Below are positions 10,165 through 24,758 of a DNA stretch of 64,000 nucleotides, in pieces; position 1 is the stretch's first letter; the number at the start of each line of letters is the position of its first letter. The translations under genes were made by a program, and so were the position numbers. The DNA is from Somniosus microcephalus (lineage: Eukaryota). The stretch lies in NCBI GenBank assembly GCA_052327205.1, contig CM126224.1, positions 28,644,001 to 28,708,000 of the forward strand, read 5' to 3'. Under the pieces are notes generated by a model that was not told where the DNA came from, did no database searches, and worked only from the letters and a program-made list of their open reading frames with translations.

Positions 10165-10974
10165 TATCTTATCCCTCACCTGTGCTCCCCCATTTTCATC
10201 AAATTTCATGAGCTTCTCAAATCACCAATGCATTCATTTCAAAATTTCCATCCTCATCTGCACATCCCTCCATGGTCTCGCCCCTTCTTAACCTCTGCAA
10301 CCACCTTGCACTCAATGTTAAAGTGTGCACTCAATACTCTTGTGTCTCTGACCTCCTTGCTTCACTGACTGCAGCAGAACCTTGCTTGTCTTGGCCCCAC
10401 ACGCTGGAGTGCATTCCCTAAACCTCTCGCTTTCCTACTTCTCTATCTCCCTCAAAAGCTTCCTTAAAATCTACCCCTTTTGGTCACTGCCGCAACCCTC
10501 CTACCGCTGCTCGGTGTGTTTTTTTCTCGCCTGAGGGAATATTCAATTCTAAGTTGCTGCTGTAGTTGAACATTTATAAATGCTTCAGTTAATAATTCTG
10601 AAAATGATTTGAGGCCCTATTTTGAGTAGAGCTGAATCTAAGCAGCATTGTTTTGGACTAATCTATGTTTAGTTTACATTATATTAATTAAAACTGCAAA
10701 AGCATGTGGTAGGAGGACAGAGTCTTTTTGTCAATATCCAAGGTTACTTATAAGGTGGTATTTGAATTCTTTCTAGTTCAAGGAATTACTATCATTTTGT
10801 TCTGTTCCACATCAATAGAAAATGATCCGAAGATCTGTCATAAGCCTGATAAAAGCTCTCTTACTATGCAGACAACTCTGAAAGTGCCAGACAATCTCAG
10901 CAGTTTGTTAGCTGTTAAAGCAAACCTTTGGGTAAGGATGCCTTGCTGCTTGTAATATTGGGGAGATTCATTCA

Positions 10975-11140
10975 ACGACAACAACTTGCATTTATATAGC
11001 GCCTTTAACATAGCAAAAACATCCTAAGGCGCTTCAGAGGCATAAGGAAAAAAACGGGGATTGAGCCAAAGGAGATATTGGGGGAGGGGGTGATCAAAAG
11101 TGTTGTCAAAGGGCCTTGAAGGAGGGCATTCCAGAGCGTG
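10975..11140 (-). mobile_element. L2/SINE 3' tail fragment
   Basis: caacaacttgcatttatatagcgcctt is the reverse complement of the shared L2/DeuSINE tail aggcgctatataaatgcaag. Confidence 0.65.
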
Positions 11141-14100
11141 GGGCCACAAATAAAGTTGCGGCCGATTTCACATAAGCAGCAGCTAAATTTTGGACTAGTT
11201 TCAAGCCTGATGCTTTCCATCTACAAGGCAGCCACATGGAGTAATTGTCACATAGTCACCACGTGTTACTGCTGTTGGATTTGGCCGCAAACCAACACGG
11301 GGTTTGTCAGAGCTGCACTGGCCTTGGGCTCGGACATAACTCCCTCTGTAGTGATACTACTTTGTGAGAACAACCTAAACTCCAGAATGGCAGAAAAACT
11401 TTAATTGACTTCTTCTGATTCAATCTCATTGCACACCTGTACAAGTGGGGCTTGTACTCTTAAACACAGCTTCAGATTTGGTGCCCTTGTTGGTATATAA
11501 CCATTGGATGCTTGGCAGTGATTTTTTTTCTTCCATGATCATTCTTTCCTGGGGAAAATCCTGTAGAAATAGTTATCCACAATATATTTCTCACTATTAC
11601 AGATCAGTTCTCTAGCAATATATTTTAAATCATTGGTATTTTGTGTTGCACTGAATAAAACCAAAGAATAACACAAATTTCAAGTATATACAATAAAGAA
11701 TGATGCATCGTTTTCCATTAATCACTGTTTCCAAATAATGATGCAGAAGACTTCAGAATGTTACCAGACTATTTAAAACTCAATGAAATACAGCTGATAT
11801 AGTATAATGCACAAAGTACAGTACTTGTAAAAACACACAGACACGCAAATGGAATTCTGCCAAGCAGAAAATTTTAAGACAGTTTGCATAACCACAGGGT
11901 GCCACGTTCTTACATGTTCCATGCTGCTGCTGTTTGCAAGAAAAGTGTCCTGTTGCTGCTAAAGAATTGCCTACAAAGCTGATTATGTACTGATTCAATA
12001 AAGAATCTTTTTCAGCAGTCTTGGCTCCATGTTTGAGGTTTATGAATTTTTATGACACTTGGGTAGTTAAGCAAAAGTCAAATCTTTGGTATTCACAGTG
12101 CACAACCCGTTAAAATATATATTAAAACTTTTATTCTTTTTAAGCCCAATCAGTAGCTTTTATGTCTCGTGTCAGCCAATAAAAGTGAAGTTGGCATCTT
12201 TCTACATATTCAGACAACCATTAAAAAGATGATGTCTGACTTGTGTGCAGCTTTTAATTTTAGCCTGCTGGCTTTAATTTAGTAACACAGTTCTGAACAT
12301 GTTCAAAGAAAGGGGAGCATAGGTATGTTTTACTCTTTATACATTGAAGATTTTGTTTACAAATAAAGTTTAATGCTCATAGCATGGGGGTCGATTGCAT
12401 TGGGAACTGGTGCCTTATTTCTGCTTCTAGTGCAAGACGGGCCAGTGCCAAGGATTTCTAGAACTGTATTAACAGCACAGCTGTATTTCTACCAGAGGCT
12501 TTAGATTCAAGGATTCCAGTGTGGTTGGCCACCAGATAACCACCTTCAGTAGATTAGTTGTCTGCACAATTCATCATGGCAGTGCCCACTGCATGTTGGA
12601 AGATAATGGCACCATGCCCTCGTTCTTGGACATTGTGATTTGTTCTTTTTGAATTCAGTTTCCATTTGTCAATTTTTCCTACTTTTTTTTCTCTCGCTGT
12701 TTTTCAGTTGACTGAAGTCTTCTTGTAATAAAGTTATAGGACTCCTCTGTGAAGTTCTGTGCTTAGACAGTAGGGTAAGGGGATTCTCTTTCAGGGCCCT
12801 ATAGCATATCATTTGGTGGGCGTGGGATCAGTATCAATATGGTCTCTGCAGATCAATCATGGGTTCCCTCTCGCTCACCCAGTGTTGACTGAGAATTTGC
12901 CAAAACATATGGGTAAGAGTAGGGCTCTATGGAGGAAATCCTGTAACTGCAGGAAGAAAGCAATAGCGGAATGCCATCTGATTGTTCAATATTGATGTTG
13001 ATATAAGCGCACACAATTCCTTGTACATATCCCTATACAGTACTAAAGTCACTTTTTCGTACTTTTTTTCCCCCTGGATATATAATCTATGTATCTGGCT
13101 AAATGCCCTAACATTTTGTTTATTGCAGTCTTGAATCGAGATGGTTTTAGTGAGTGGTCCACATTATTGCATAATTATCTAGCTGCATTTAAAGGAATAC
13201 CCTATTTATTGGGAAGAAATGGAATTTTAGAGATAATCACTCGACTATCACTCTTCTACCAATGGCAGATGTCATTCATGCCCCTTCTCTTCCCCCTCAC
13301 TCCCATCACTTAGCCTGCTTTATATTCAGTAGAATGTCTATCTGCTAAGGAGCGATGCTCAGGCATTAAAGGCTTCCAAACCTGCATTTATACTAACAGT
13401 TGGAAATAGCTTGGGATTCTCTGCATGAGCATACATGTATTTATAAGATAGGTAGTGTATTCAACTTATTTCACAGATGGAATGTAAAATGTTAGTTAGC
13501 AATTAACAGTATGTATTCTGATCCAACTTACTTTCTAAGCCTGAAATTGAATATATTTAAATAAATACAGATGAATCCTCTGTACACTATTTCACCCCAA
13601 AGTGATGTAGTTAAACAACCCTTCTCCTTCACTTGTCCGAGGCCATATTTCACAAGTCACCAGCCCTAGAACTTACAACATTTTGAATGTAATAAGGGAA
13701 TGTTGAAAGCCATGATACTTTATATGTACCTTTTCACTTCCTTTTATAGTAGTCTTGAGGCCGGTCTAGATGTCTTGCACTGTTCCTTTTTAACAAATCC
13801 CACATTGGCAGGTTAATCCTCAGTGTCTGATGGAAGAGCTATGTGAGACATCCTGATGGGTTCTTCAGTCTCGGGCTGGAGGGGTCTTGTAGAGGTGTAT
13901 AATATGTTTCACGGAGAAAGTAAATCTGAAAGAATAGTTTTGGATATGTCAGTACAGCAGGACAAGAGGGTTGTTGAGGCCAAGATATGTGACTCATTTA
14001 AAACAACAACAAAAAACCAGCTAGATGCTGCAATGGGAAGATGGTAGGGTTCTGGAAGGATGCAATCAAATTGCCATTTTCATTCTAATCTTGGTGGTTT

Positions 14101-15269
14101 TGTGACTTCTGCAATTGTGGACTACGTACTTGGATCAGCCTTGGGCTGCCCTGTTGTGATTGGACTGGTGTGTTTATTTTATGATGTAACCTTCCCAGTT
14201 TGTCCGGAAGGGCAGCATCATTACTTTAGCCGCTAATTTATAGTTTTGGCTTTTGTTTGAATTCCAGGGAATTTTTTTGATTTGGCCTTTGTTTAAATTC
14301 TAGCATTTCCTTGCCTGCTCCCTGCTCATCTCCAGTGTACTGGAACAGCATCATGGCACAGAGTGGGCTACATGCATTTCTTCTGCTTCCAACACCTGTG
14401 TTGCTCCATAGTTTGACCAACAAGATAAGCACTCTGTTTTGTCCTTTGTGGGAAGCTCCACCTGGTGGAGCCCCTGAAAAGTGGTGCAATTCAATCAAAC
14501 AACTTGTCTGCTACGGTACCACAGCACGCATTAAACTGATATTTCTGCAGCTTCCTGCGGTTTTTTTTCCAACTTCGAGTTAAAGACAACTTTAATTGTT
14601 GTATGTGTACACAGATATTTTTAAGTGAGTTGTGGTGAAAGCGTTCGACTTCTTGGTTAGTATTTAAAACCGACTCCAGTACTCTCGATGTGTTAACTTC
14701 CTGTGGAAATTAGATTTAACCAGAGTCTGCAAAGTCTGTTAATAGTTATGTCTCGGCAATTCTGCTTCATTTACTACTTACATTGCTGTAGCGCTCATCG
14801 GGTATAGGAAAATGGCCTGGAGCGTTTGCAGTCTACGCTGAGTGAGGGGGAGAGCAAGATAAAGAAGTGGAAGAGGGTTAGAAGGGAGCAAAAGCACAGT
14901 CCAAAAGGAGGGAATGGAGGTTTTTGAAGACTGGGTAGGCGGTGGAAAGGCCAAGATGTTGAGGAAGGGAGTTCCTTGGGGAAAGGTAGCTTGAGGACCG
15001 GGCACTGATGGATTCAGGGAACCAGAAGCAGTCGGTATGGAAGTCCGCCCAGTGTACACAGCGACTTAGGGCCGCAGATCACAGACTTGGGGAAAGGCCA
15101 GCCATGGAGAGATTTAAACTGTATTTAGAAAGGCAAATGCTGCATACTATATTTTACAGTTAAGTAAACACTTAAAGGTTGATGTACAGTATTGACAATA
15201 TAATTGTGTATAAGATTGCTGCAAAATCTGTGTTAAAACTTGTATGACACTTTTCAAGGCATTTAAATT

Positions 15270-15640
15270 GTAATTACATGGAATATACAGCACAGAAACA
15301 GCCATTTGGCCCAACCAGTCCATGCTAGCATTTATGCTCCACTCGAGCCTCCTCCTATCCTTTCTCATCTAACTATATACGCAAAATAATAACCTTCTAT
15401 TCCTTTCTCCCTCTCATGCTTATCTAGCTTCCCCTTAAATGCATCTATACTATTCACCTCAACCACTCCCTGTGGTAGTGAGTTCCACATTCTCACCACT
15501 CTCTGGGTGAAGAAGTTTCTTTTGAATTTCCTGTTTGATTTCTTGCTGACTATCTTATATTGATGGCCTCTAGTTTTGCTCTTCCCCACCAGTGGAAACA
15601 CACTCTCTGTGCCTACTCTATCAAAACCTTTCATAATTTT
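15270..15640 (-). mobile_element. CR1 LINE 3' fragment
   Basis: ORF 15365-15634 contains KTRGHQYK and FFTQRVVRMWNSLP; CR1-type tail. Confidence 0.85.
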
Positions 15641-18472
15641 AAAGTAATATTCTGAGTTAAATTAATGTGGATAGCTGTTTTCTATCCAAAGCCCACTCTC
15701 TTGCTACAAAAGTTCCTATTGACAGTATTTACGATTAGAATGCCAGTTTTCTTACAGGCTACATATTTTTGCGAAGCAGCAAATAAAAAGACGACTCAAA
15801 ATGACGACAGTAATTAAATTAATGAAAATTGCTTTAGTTATTCAAAACATGTCTTGCCATATAAACTGTGAATTAGTAATGACATTCATGTATAAGGTAT
15901 GTATTGTTGCTCTACAGTGACTTACTCGGTACAATGAAACTAATGAGTTCGACTTGCACCACAGCAAGGCTGTGTGGTTGGTCTGGCTGTCTGTTCAGTG
16001 TGTCCAGCTGGCTGTCCGCCTGCCTCTTGTTCTGATTATGGGGAGGAGAGTGTACCCCTGCGAGGAGAGTGCTGCTCCGAGAGAGCATATTTTATGACAC
16101 CGAAGGGGAAACTTAAGGGATCAGATTTCTAATCGTCTGAGGGCCTACTTTTTTCTTAACACCAAAACCATTCAAATCCACACCAGTGGATCTGCAGATT
16201 GAGGACGATTTGCCCCCTTGGAACTTTTCGTTTACATACACTTGTGGCCAAGTTCACCAACAAGTAGCTGAACAAAAATAAAGTAAATTAGACCAAACAG
16301 TGGTAAAAAGAGCAGATTAACATAATGGAAAACTGTCGATGTAAAGTGTATGGGGGAGGGGTGAAATGGACATGGGAAAATGGCTGGGGGGGGGGGGGGG
16401 GGGAAGGATAATTAATGTTAAATCCAGTTAAAACACACATTTATTTTTCTGATTACATAAATGTGAAAATTAGACCCGATTACAGTAGTTTTCTAGGCAG
16501 ATTGATTCTGGAATAGTAACTTGAAAATAATTTGCGAGTCATAAAATGATTACAAATAGCCAGTGGAATTCACTGGACCCTGGATTCTAACGAGCATAAC
16601 GTAATCATTTTTTCATGAAAAATACCATTAGCCAGGCTTATGCCAACCAATTATTTTTGCAATAGAATAATTGATTGATACAATGAATCAAAAATTCTGT
16701 AACTTGTAACCATCTTAGAATTAGATCCACTTCTTAGTTAAATAAGCATTTAGGCTCTTGCCTATTATCATGGTACTGTCATGCTGAACAAACCCAGATT
16801 TACTTGGAATACAATTTTAAGCCAATATTTCAATTACCACAGCTAGTAACCTAAAATGTATTTCAGTGGCAGGTTTTCTTGGTGGGGGTGCCTGTGGGCT
16901 GTTATTGATGTAGTCGTAATATTCTTCTGTGGAATAAGTTCCAAACTATTTAAATCACAGCTGGACTGGTTGCCCGACACAGTCAAGTAGCCTAACACTC
17001 ATTACCGTGACCAGTTGTATGGGGACAGATTAGTCAATAGTTACAATGTATTATCAATGAAAATGTTAAGTCAGTTCATTATTTTCTGCTAATTATAGCG
17101 TTTCTACCATCTATGCCTCCAAATGTGATCTTTACTTTCCACTTTTTAAAAAAAAAAAGTGTTTGTCATATCAAGTTTGAATGTTCGCACAGCATAATGC
17201 CTAAAGGGTTAAAGATGCATGTTCACCAAAATCAATAATGTTCTCTACACAGGAAATCAAATCATTATGTGGATCAACTTTGTCTGAATTGACTTACTCC
17301 ACTATTTTTTTTCCCCATTTACCTAGCAGCTACAGTACTCTAGGGATACTAGAGCATGAATTGCGCACAAATTACATAAAGTTGCAAGCACCAGTATTGG
17401 CACTCTGTTACGTACAAGCATACATGCTGGAGCCGGAGGATGTGCTTTGCCTATACATTCTGCAGGGGGACTTTTAAACTAACTTTACTCAGAATTTTTT
17501 TTAACATTTTTTGTTAACATGAATTAATTCCAATATGTACACTTTTTTTGGTCTCCGGAGTATGGAGAATTTTCTTTGTTGTTGTTACAAGACTGAATCT
17601 GTATGCTACTGATCATCATTGTTTTTACTGTGTAATGCTGTTTCATCTGGATCAGCAGTTAATTCTAATTTTGTCTCAATTAACTGCGCTCATGTAATTG
17701 GGGCTAATAGAAGTACATCACAATCCCCTGCCAATATACTACATTTCATAATCTAATGACAGCAGAGATCTGACAAAACAAGTTGAAGCGTATGTTTTAA
17801 GAAATATTTGCTGTCACTTAGTGTTCTGTATGTACAGCATCCCTTTTTTTCCCTCCTTAAATCTTTGATACTGTTGTCATGCATGCTGACAAAGGTTCAG
17901 CACTGTTCTAATTAGCCTCAAGGAACTGTTTGGAGTCGGGGATTTTTTGGAAGAATTCCACGCATTAAATTGACCCTTCTGCATGTCCCCCTATTATTCA
18001 TAAGTTGATCTGTGATAACACTGTGCATGCTCTGCTGGATGCTGGTAGCAGAACATCAGTAGCTGGCAGAGATGTAGCCTAAATTTGGGACATTTATCTT
18101 ATTATGCTCTGTAGTCAGCCAAACTAGGTAGCTAATAAAATCACAATCAAAGCAGGCTCTCTGGAATTTGAAAGACCTTCTGATATTCTGGCAACACATC
18201 TAGATGGCAATTTGCAGCTAGTAGGAGGTTAGGGTAGAAAACTGTCTTGAAGCTAAAGGGTGCGCCAAATATTCTCCTTTTTTTCCTAACTGGAGGAGGG
18301 AAAAGGGGAAAGCCTTGAACAGTTCTCACTGGCCCTAATCAACATAACAGCCTCAGCTGCCCCTTGGATCCCCTGCCAGGTCCCTATCATCTTCTGATCA
18401 AATATTAATGTGTGATACTCTGCTTGCTCGCTAATCCAAAGCCAATTAATATTATCTGTCAATTATTTACAG

Positions 18473-18516
18473 ATCCTGAGGTGCGGAGGCAATTCCCTGA
18501 GGACTACAGCGACCAG
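18473..18516 (+). CDS. DENND1A: DENND1A internal coding exon (equivalent to human exon 3, uDENN region), 44 bp
   Basis: Flanked by tttacAG and GTttg. Translates (D)PEVRRQFPEDYSDQ, matching the recalled DENND1A peptide DPEVQRQFPEDYSDQ rather than DENND1B. Ends in phase 0, compatible with the next exon. Confidence 0.93.
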
Positions 18517-21500
18517 GTTTGGAATGCGTAATTAACTTTTTTTACATGGCAAAATTTATTTCAGAGTCACTCAAGATATCACTGCTGTTCAGTTTAATGA
18601 AGGAGACAAATGAATTTTTTGGGGAAGAGATGGGGGTGATAATTAAGAGCCACTGATGAAGATGATGATGACATTGACAGTTTGAAAAGATATACAGTAG
18701 GAGGCAAAATTTGTAACCCAGCATGGTAATTTTTCAAAGCAATTCTGTGAAGTAAAGCACATGCCAATATATATGAACAACAGATGAAATACGTTTTTTA
18801 AGTTTTCCTTGTGCCTGTTATCTGGCAAATAGCTGTTTAAATGACAAATTGGAAGTTCAAAGTAAAAGAGCATCAGTGACGTGATGCAAACAATGCCACT
18901 GTGAAATTTATGAAGGCCTAATACATGATCGTGTAGCTTGCTGTAGTACAGTTTCTCTCTAACCAGTTCTCTTGATGGCAGTTTTGAAAATACTGTATGC
19001 TGTTTATTGTATACACTATCCTATTGTGATGTTAAGTGTATAAAGATGTAAGTTTACTGCAAAATGTTTCTCAAGCAAAGTATCTTTGAAACTTGAGAAA
19101 ATGTGATAAATCTTTATATATTTTCCTCTTCCTCCCCTAGAGCTCCAACACAGAGTGGACTGCGGATCTGCTCTGCGTTAGGATATTTTTGTGATGACTG
19201 CTAGGAGGCGCGTGAGAGCCGCCTGAGTTTCTTGTCCTTTGATCCGCCACTGTCCTTGTGTGAATGGCCTGAGCTCAACTCGATGCCGTCCTCTGATAGA
19301 ATGGGCGAGATCTAGATCACTGTCCTATATTATAAACATTTATTCATAATTAGTTTTATTATAGATATTGAAAATATTAAATAACTTTACATTCAGAAGT
19401 TCTCCCTCCACATCCCCCTCCCCACAATCAAACCTCCTTGACCCTTCTGGTGAAGGTGCTGTCTCTTGTTGGAATACAGTTCTGTGGGTGCCAGCAGTCT
19501 TGTGGCACCTTCGCAAAGTGGCCGTTCTTCATGTGTGAGACAAGAAAGGGATTGAGGGGGACGTTCAGCTACGTCTGCCCTCCTCCAGTACACTCTGTCT
19601 AGTGGGAGTCAGTCCTAGCTCAGGGGTGCAGAGGACAACAGTAGCGTTCCTACCACAACCTGCCTTAGACCAGCTAACTTGGGGTTGGATTTCGGACTTT
19701 TCTGGTCTGCGTGACTCATTACTTGTAACAAGTGGCGTGTCTTCCCATTTAACTATTGGGGAGCTGGAACATTTTAAGCAATGAGACAGTATTTGAGCTT
19801 CCATGTTTATTATGTTCTTCCAAAAGAACATTTTGTGCTCAGCTTTTGGTTTTATAATATATTTTGCTAAAGTCATATTGTCTTATAAATTTATTCATTG
19901 CAAAATACTCAGTGGACTAAAGTCTTAAAATGTATGTAGATAGAAAACTCTGTTAACTCTTACTTATCCCCTTGAATCTATTAATTCTCAGTTACTGCTT
20001 TCCTAATGAAAACTTGATTCTTTTGTAAAGTCGTCTTAAACAGGCTTATAAAATCCAAGTATAAGCTCTGCTGTGTACCATAAAGTGTGGTGGGGCACAG
20101 GCGCATCTGTATTCTGCCCTCCCTAACGGTGGTGAGGTACCATACATTAATGTCCCATCATAGAAAGGGAGTACAATTCACCAATCTCCGACACCTCTTA
20201 ACAAGTGAATTGTAGAGCTTCATTTAGAGAGGCCAGGGAGCAGGATGCCTGCATACTTTCTTGACCAGGAAAAGATGCATTTTGCAGGTGGACTTTAGAA
20301 GAAGTGAACAAAATAAGTTTATGGGGAGGGGGAAATCTAAGTTTATCTGATCATAATTGTGACTTGTTATATTTCACCTTTAACAAACCTTTCTCAATAA
20401 TTAAATTAACATTAGTAACGTTAGATCATTTACTGCAACAGTAACATTTATAGGCATAAAACAGATATTGTATGAACTTAAAAAAAAAAAAAAAAAATCA
20501 TTTTTACAATTTGACAAATTTAAGAAAAAAACAGCTGTTTGTGATGTCTGCCATGGAGCTTGGCATCAGCAATAAAATTGTCCCATCAGCACCACAGTGC
20601 TGTTAAATCATAAAAAATAATGGATCCATGGGAGTGATTTCTCATCTGGTGGTTTAGACAGTGGCTTTAAACTCCTTGAGCTTGTTTGACCATATGATGT
20701 CATCTGAAACTCTCATCGTGATTGCTATTCTGTAAATCAGCTCGGGCACATAAAGTCTTTATTAATTAGCAAATCTGGAAGATGCTGCTTTTTTTTTACA
20801 AAAAGAAGCTCCATTGTTGTTTTCTTCATGTTTTTGGTGTTTACACAAAGGATTTCTGTTTAATGTATTTCTGAATTAATTGCTCCAATAATTTGCATAC
20901 ACCTCAATAAAGATGTATAGCACATTTGCCATTTAAGTCTTGTCCTTCTTTGTACAAATGTTTGTTGTAGTTTTGCACTTAATTGGAAAATGGTGGCCTT
21001 CTTGTCAGCGAGAAGAGCCTATTTGCTGGTTTGTCTGATAGAAGTAAACTTTACACTGACTCACGTCCTTGTAACTGTCAAAAGAAAAATGATTTTTTTT
21101 AAAGTAATGCTTGAAAAGAAGACTACCAAATATGAATGCGTCTGCTTGTTTGTGGGTAAAATAAATTTCAGATGTACTGTAGTCATTGCAGTGGATCAGA
21201 GGCTTCTGTTGGTGCTGCTACTACCAGTGAAATTTTATTCCTGAAGGTCTTTATACTTCTGCGGGGGACTCTGTCACAAATTATTGTGGCTCGATCCTTT
21301 AGAAACAGAAAAAACACGTTAGATCGGCATCTGTGACTGACTAATGATGGCCAGGCTTTTGGCTTCCCTTGAGCCACAAAGCTATTGCTGCCTTTAGAGA
21401 GGAAAAAGCATAAGAAGAAAGGGGAGGGATGAAAGGGAGTCACAAATCTGTGGCCTCGGAGATGTATGACTGCTAGGCTGGTTGTCTGCATGGTATGATA

Positions 21501-24500
21501 ATCCATTTTGATCTCCTCAGTCTTAATTGTCTGCTAAAGACAAATGGGCAGTAAAAGTTCATCAGTTTCATCTTTGCTTCTCATTTATGGGCAGAATAAA
21601 TGAGCCATCACTATAGAAGAAACCTTTCTTTTTGACACGGAAGTAATGCAGACCTGATGTGTTATTAAAAGTCTTTCTCCCTCATTATTTCAGACTCTTA
21701 GCGCTGATAGATCTCAGTGTTTCATGAAAAATGTAATCTGAAATGTAAATAAGCTGTTTGATACAAAGAGATGATGTAACAAATGAGCTTTTCCGCATTG
21801 TAGAAACCTTGCTTATAATTATTGAGAGTAGAATCTATTCCCTTATTTGTGTGCGTATATTTACAGCAATAACATTATGATGTATGGCAGTTAAATACAT
21901 AACTTAAAGCTGCGCTCTTATTTGGGGAAATATAACCGTTTGGTGCAGTATATTATTTTAAAATTGATTTGAAACTAAATTGCTGTTCTAAAAAAATGGG
22001 TGGGAGAAAAGTTGGCGGGCCATACAGTATCTGTTCTTTTTGAAACTTTGCCTGGATGAATAAAATTTTCAATATTGAAAAGTATAAAGAAGGACTGATT
22101 TTAATGTTTAAATGAATAAAAATATTTTTTTAAATGTAACGCAAGTCATGAGAATGATAGTCTAAACAGGCTTTTAATTTTTAAAAATTAAACTTGGGGT
22201 CACAATCATTAGGATAAAGTGTAATGCCTAATTATAGCTCTACATTTTGAAAAATAACCCATCAGCATTATTAATCATAATCTCTTATGCATCCCATCCA
22301 GTTGATTAACAGTGTCTCCCCACAAAGGATGACATTTGCATGCGCACAGACCAAGCCATTGTTTTCAGTGGGCTGCCAAGCAAATAAAAATCTTATCCCA
22401 AGCTCCCAAAAAGTCAATTAAACCAAAGCACTCACCAGAAGGATGCAGAGTTAAAACCATATTGGAATGTTTGCCTCGAGTGTTTCAGCAGGTAAATGAA
22501 TCACGTGGTGTATGACTCAGCCGTACAGATAAAAATCCCAGGTTCAATCCCTGGTCTAGGCTGAGTTAGTTGATCTTGGCTGATGCAAGGGTGGAGGCAC
22601 TACAATTGGATTTGGTCTCTGTGGCTCATTTTCCCCTCCTCTTTCCCATAGTTCAACAGTAACTTACATTTATATAGTGCTTTGAACATGGCAAAAACAT
22701 CTCCAGTTGCTTCACAGTTTAGGGTTGACCCCTGCATGAGTAGGATTAGAATTAGGGAAGTGGTTGAAATTGTATTTGAAGTAGTAAGTTTTAAGGAGGC
22801 TTTTCCTCCGTGGGGAGGGATACAGCACAATGAAAGGGTTTGGGAAGATAACTGAAAGTTCTGGCTCGCTCTAGTTCCTGCTCTGATTGCTATTCCGTAA
22901 CCACAGCTGGAATGTGTGTATGGATGGATGAGGATGGGATTAGGCTCAACTGCGATGCCTTTTATGTAGAATAGCACACTGAAGCTCATGGTTAAGGCTC
23001 ACTTATGGAAAAAAGTCACCTGGAATGAAGCACCAGAGGGCCTCCAGCACGCATGGAAGTGAATCACTGTCTTCAGGAGATATGGGGAAGAAAGATTGTC
23101 TGCAGTATTGTTTCTGAATCATAGCTGGATTATGAAAGGATTTTTGTGTGCTCAATATTTTCACCTGCAATTGGCTCTCAGCCAATATCTGATAAGTAAA
23201 GATTTGCTTGATCCACTTAATTGTTTCCTTTGTATTAGAATATTACAATGGGCTAAATATATTTTAGAAGAGAAGAACAATATACAAGTTAGTTAATGCA
23301 GCGAGCCCACCACTTCAATACTAAAGGAATTAAAAACCATGTTGGAATGCAGGTTTAGTTTCCTAATACTGCTGAGTTCCAGGTGTCCCTACAAACAGAA
23401 AGGATAGGAAAATTAGAGTGGTGTCCACGAGCGAGAAAAACCTAGTTGGCTAGTTACAGTGCAAAAGGGCAACCTTAGAATGGCCACCCAACTGCTGGAG
23501 CAAAGTATGGTGAGACTGAAAGAGGGGAGGAGAGAACATTTTTTTTCTCTTGAGTGGTGTTAAGCACCAGCATGCAGCATCACAGGCAAACTTCCAGTAA
23601 AGTGAAACTTTCTTATAGTGGACTCTGATAAATGAAACTCCACTGAGGTTTGGGGGTGGGGAAGGCAAGGTGGAGGGGTTGTCCAGTGCCCTAACTCATT
23701 TATCATGCCTGAATGGAATAACATTCATGTTTATGATAAAATTGCTACCTGATGAGTGAAATTCTAAACACAAACATTTGGTTACATGCACTATAAGAAG
23801 GAGTGGGCTATGATGCCTAGTTTAATGGAAAGCAGATCGTAAAGCATTCTGGCTCTCTGTTCCTTCAATATTTCAGTTACACTTCTTTAGGTACAGGGGG
23901 ATGGGAAATGAAGTGTCGGAGAATGCACAAAATTCAGGTTCAACTGTGGACTGCAAGAGGTTTCAACATTGCAAGTTTTCTGTGGACAGGTGTAATGAGA
24001 GTACATAGCCAGTTTCAGGAATGCAACTTGCTGTTTTCATCGTGTTATCCAATTGGTAATGTTCAAGTAGTCAACTGTTGAAATAGTTGCATTGGAGCAG
24101 TTAAAGAAATTCTATTATGGCTGTTGTACAAAAATAATCAAATCTAATCTTTTTGGAGAGTGGTTGCAGGCATGGCTCATGCTTAGACAGGGAATTCTGG
24201 CTAAATTAACTGTTAGATTGCTTATTGTAACAATGGAAATGAACTTTAATGGGGACATGCAAGGCCATAATTAATAACTGGTATCACATATTCCACATGC
24301 CGTGCTGTAGGTAGAAGTCATTTCCGGACATCCTAGATGATTGAGGAATGATTTGATTTCAGTAAAAAAAACCTCAATTATTAGAAAAAATAACTCTATC
24401 AACTGAATAAAAACCACAGAGGTGATGGAATTAAAAATCAAATAAAGAACCCAATGAAAAAGCAAGACGAAATTGTAAAAATGGCCAAAACTGAGAGTGA

Positions 24501-24758
24501 GGTTAAAGCAATAACTTAAGAGCTACCATCAGTATATTGATGGAAATAATTTACTCAGGCTATATTTTCAAGTAGTTAGGTTTATTTCTGTGTTAAATAG
24601 AGAAGAGTTGTAAGTTAGTTGATGTGCATTGCAGTTGACTCTTGTCAACCAGTAAACCCAATCCTTCGGCTGCTGGCACATTCAGGGAAAGTCTCCGAGG
24701 CAACCCAGTTTTGTGTGCTTTCAGCCTATGCACTGTGACACTGAAAATATTACAGTAC

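Larger units (their letters stand above)
4670..10560 (+). mobile_element. Old L2-like LINE 3' fragment split by the Gypsy and a CR1 insertion (pieces ~4670-4769, 9377-9519, 10165-10560)
   Basis: The pyrimidine-rich degenerate L2-type sequence reads through both insertion junctions and resembles other L2-like relics at 30050-30470 and 47545-47860. Confidence 0.55.

Noticed and set aside
16386-16402. Long G/C homopolymers (also ~30172, ~47033, ~48995)
   Set aside because: Simple mononucleotide runs with no further structure.
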